Notes under the pieces: model-generated
Told to the model about the DNA's origin: nothing
The model's database searches: none
What the model saw: the letters and a program-made list of their open reading frames with translations, nothing else
In this document: piece by piece, positions 60,644-64,000 of the stretch
Numbering within the stretch: the stretch's first letter is position 1
How the letters are laid out: each line of letters starts with the position of its first letter
DNA from: Ostrea edulis
Taxonomy: Eukaryota
NCBI RefSeq assembly: GCF_947568905.1
Contig: NC_079173.1
Span: forward strand, 11,284,001-11,348,000
DNA: 64,000 nt
Direction of reading: 5' to 3'
Position numbers and translations under genes: made by a program

Positions 60644-61688
60644 ATAGACCAAGTCTATATCAAATGACACTGGTCTTAGCCAATTGTAATTGAGATAGAC
60701 CAAATTGTCTATGCCGATTTTCTAGATTTAAAGCAATAGAGTTATCTCAAAGGACCCTGCATGGTCAGTCGACATCTGATACATGTTATAAGGAAAGAAG
60801 GATATTGATATTGAAATGGAAAGAAAATATGCATTCTAAGTACTTTAGAAGTAAATGAAAATGTTATAAATTTGTGGGTTTTTTTCAATGTTGCGATCTA
60901 TGCCAATTCGATGAGGTCTATGTCATCTTCTTTTGGCATAGACCCGTGGTCTATACCAAGTTTAAAGCCAATCTCAAACACTGCATACTACATTCTCCAT
61001 ATTTTCAAGGGCAGATCTTGATTAATGTTATTGCCACATCTTCAGTGTTTTCAAGGACAAATTTTGAGAGATGTTATTGCACTTTTCTTAAAACTGATAC
61101 CAGTATGGATAAAAAACAAATGAAAGAAATGAAACGTAATTTGCTAAGCCTGTACAATAGAATTTCTCGTCATTGATTTCAGCATTACATAATTCAATCA
61201 ATTTGCCACTGAAAATAAATACATTCATGAACTGATGCAGGATTTGAAACTAACTTGAAATCTTTTTTAGCCACGTGAGCTACTGAACCTTATAATTCTA
61301 AGGGCCATTACATCAAATTTCAGTCCCCCACGAATTAGTAAATCTCTTATTTTAAAACTAGAGTGTTAAAGTTTTGTTGAATAATTGAGAAGAATTTATT
61401 GTGAATATTCTGTCTGCTGAAATCCCTCCCCTGGGAATTGCTTGCTTAATGAAACTTCTCTGACTAATTCCACTTCCATTTAACGTTCACCAATTCATGA
61501 TCCAGGTTAGAATAGATCCTCAGTATCCCTTGCTTGTCCTAAGAGGCAACTAAATGGGACGGTCCTTCGGATGAGACTGCAAAAACCGAGGTCCCATGTC
61601 ACAACAGGTGTGGCATGATAAAGATCCCTTCCTGCTCAAAGGCTGTAAGCCCCGGGCATAGGCCTAAATTTTACAGCCCTTCACAGGC

Positions 61689-61724
<36 letters not shown>

Positions 61725-62280
61725 GAGGAACGTTATACAATATGAAGTCAATCAATCAATTCCAACATAATCAAATCACGTAGGCTTATGTGACAGAAAT
61801 CTTTCGATCATCAACATTATTTTGAAAACGAAACAAATGCCAATATATAAATAAGGAAAGGGATGTAAAATAAAAGAAATTTTAGCCCAGCGGAGCAAGG
61901 AAATTTTCAAGAAGCTAGCGATAATAAATATATGTTTAAAATTCTTATACAGTATTCAAAATTAACCATAGAACGATAGACCACGTCTATGTCAAATGAC
62001 ACTGGTCTATGCCGATTGTAAATAGGATAGACCAAATTGTCTATGCCGATTTTCTAGGTTTAAAGCAATAGAGTTATCCTAAAAGTCGACATCTGATAAA
62101 CGTTAAGAGTTAAGGAGGACATTCTTATTATGGAAATGGAAAGAAAATGTGCTTTCTAAGTACACTAGAAGTAAATAACAATGTTTTAAATTTGTGGGGG
62201 GTTTTTTCAATGTTGCGGTCTATGCCAATTCAAAGAGGTCATATGTCATCTTGTTTTGGCATAGACCCGTGGTCTAAACC
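60644..62280. mobile_element. Two copies of a ~310-bp MITE with ATAGACC termini (60644-60955 and ~61976-62278)
   Basis: Colinear similarity; inverted ends TAGACCACG..GTCTATG; ACC flanks copy 1 on both sides. Confidence 0.6.
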
Positions 62281-63097
62281 AATTTCGAACACTGCTTATA
62301 TACACATGATAAATTTGGAAAACAATCTTTGATTTTCAAAAATATATTAAATATATATTTGAGTACTATGAGCTGTAATTAAATATCGTTTTATATTAAA
62401 TCATAAATTTTGTGCACCGATTCGAATGGGATTAAAAGCACACAGTATCCACTTTTCCCAATGATATTTTATAGTTGATCAGACATCATCTTTTTAATGA
62501 TAATGAAGGATTTCAGTACCAACAATTTGATATATATATTTTACTTAGAAATCCTTCCAATCAAAATTCTGCTGGGACTACTTGTTCTTCGTTGTAATAT
62601 TCCGAGATAGACCTATATATTGATGTTAACCTAGTACCTGTTGGAGTATAATAAAAACTATTTCTAAAAGTTTCAAAAACTGCTTTGCTGATTACATTGT
62701 ACAAAGTTTTTCAAAAGAAAAACACCTGAAACAATCAGATGAAACTGGAAAATCATTTTCATCATCGCCATGTGGGCAACTTAACTGTAACTTTAAGCCA
62801 CTCACTCAGAAATCTAGTTGCAAATTGCAAGTGGGTGACTGTTAATTTCAAATCCTGTCTGATATCAATTGCGACAGGTGGTTTGTTGGATCTGAGGCCA
62901 TAGGCAACATTTTGGTCCAAGATACTAACAGACTACATGTTGCCTAAGACCCAGTCAATAAATGTTTTGTTACATACCCTTGTAAATTTACAACCCTCAA
63001 GAAGAAGAATTAGCTATAGTATAATTATCGAATGCCATTTTTGTTGCACTCATTCCTACTCAAACCAACAAGCAGAAGAGAAGCAGATCTAAAGAAA

Positions 63098-63152
<55 letters not shown>

Positions 63153-64000
63153 GGGTAATTGGATTTTAAACCTGGACAGAGACAAGCAGGGTGGCAGAAC
63201 AAAGGACAGAATGGAGAGAAATAGTTCACGGCCCTGTTCTCCACAGGGAGAGAAGGAAATAAGTTAAGTCATTCCTACAGGGTTTATAGTAATGACAAAA
63301 TGAAAATTAATGTCACGACAAGTTAACCCTAGCTGCAATAATGTAGCCCTCTCTGATTTTTTTTTTTTTTTTTTTTTTAGGGAGAGGGCTACAACTCCTT
63401 AGGATCTCCGTAATGGTGCAAATGCGGGAGTGATTCACTCCCGCAACATTTGCGCTCATTCTAAACATTTCCTGACTTTCTTTACGTAAATAAAATGATA
63501 TTCTATGTTTCTTAGTCAATATATAAATTTACAACCTACAACTTTAGATTTGTGAGGCTCTATTCTACCGTTTTCAACAATTTCGATAAATCCCAGTTTC
63601 TCGATTCATATTTGTGCGCCATGTTTGATGTACTGAAGTTTCAACTTCCGGTTGTCAAGTCATTTGCATATGCCATATAAGGTGGTATTTACATCAATGG
63701 ACAAGTATAAGTATGGAGGCGAAAGCTATTTCGTCGGTATTGAGAAGGTTTGAATTTAATATCAAGTTAAAAACCGAACAGCAGAGTGTAAATTCTTTCT
63801 GCAACAATATGATTTTCCTTCCTTTGTCGAAGTGGCTCGAATAACTACATTTTCGCGCTGATTGTCAATGTTTAGGCTTTTCATTAGATCCACCTACGAG
63901 ATCTCGCGATAACAAGCATGGCGGAGCAGACGAAGAATTTTGCATGCTGTACATTATATTTAATGAAAAACACTTTTATTAGACATGCCCGAGCACAAAG

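Overview
Eukaryotic, AT-rich genomic DNA, most likely a bivalve (oyster-like); this is inferred from the repeat families and not confirmed by a search. Two convergent spliced genes can be assembled by eye with canonical GT-AG junctions and consistent reading frames. The first is a 3-exon sphingosine-1-phosphate phosphatase (SGPP, + strand, 4811-11534, about 385 aa). The second is a 19-coding-exon Tousled-like kinase (TLK, - strand, 53075-20547, about 705 aa). The rest is densely packed with mobile DNA: a young 5'-truncated RTE LINE with a 10-bp TSD, a decayed Penelope-like element, six SINE copies of two head types, several Helentron/HINE-like elements, an internally deleted piggyBac, and hAT, Harbinger, Kolobok-like and AcademH/MULE-like MITEs. 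The most unusual pattern is that tandem arrays sit on TLK exon-intron boundaries, and three of them multiply the splice site itself: 15 identical donors at 52-bp spacing, 3 donors at 60-bp spacing, and 6 branch-point/acceptor/uORF modules at 44-bp spacing. One intronic repeat region also carries six perfect AGGTCAnnnTGACCT (ERE-type) palindromes. There is one assembly gap (48358-48525). No CRISPR, rRNA or bona fide tRNA gene is supported.
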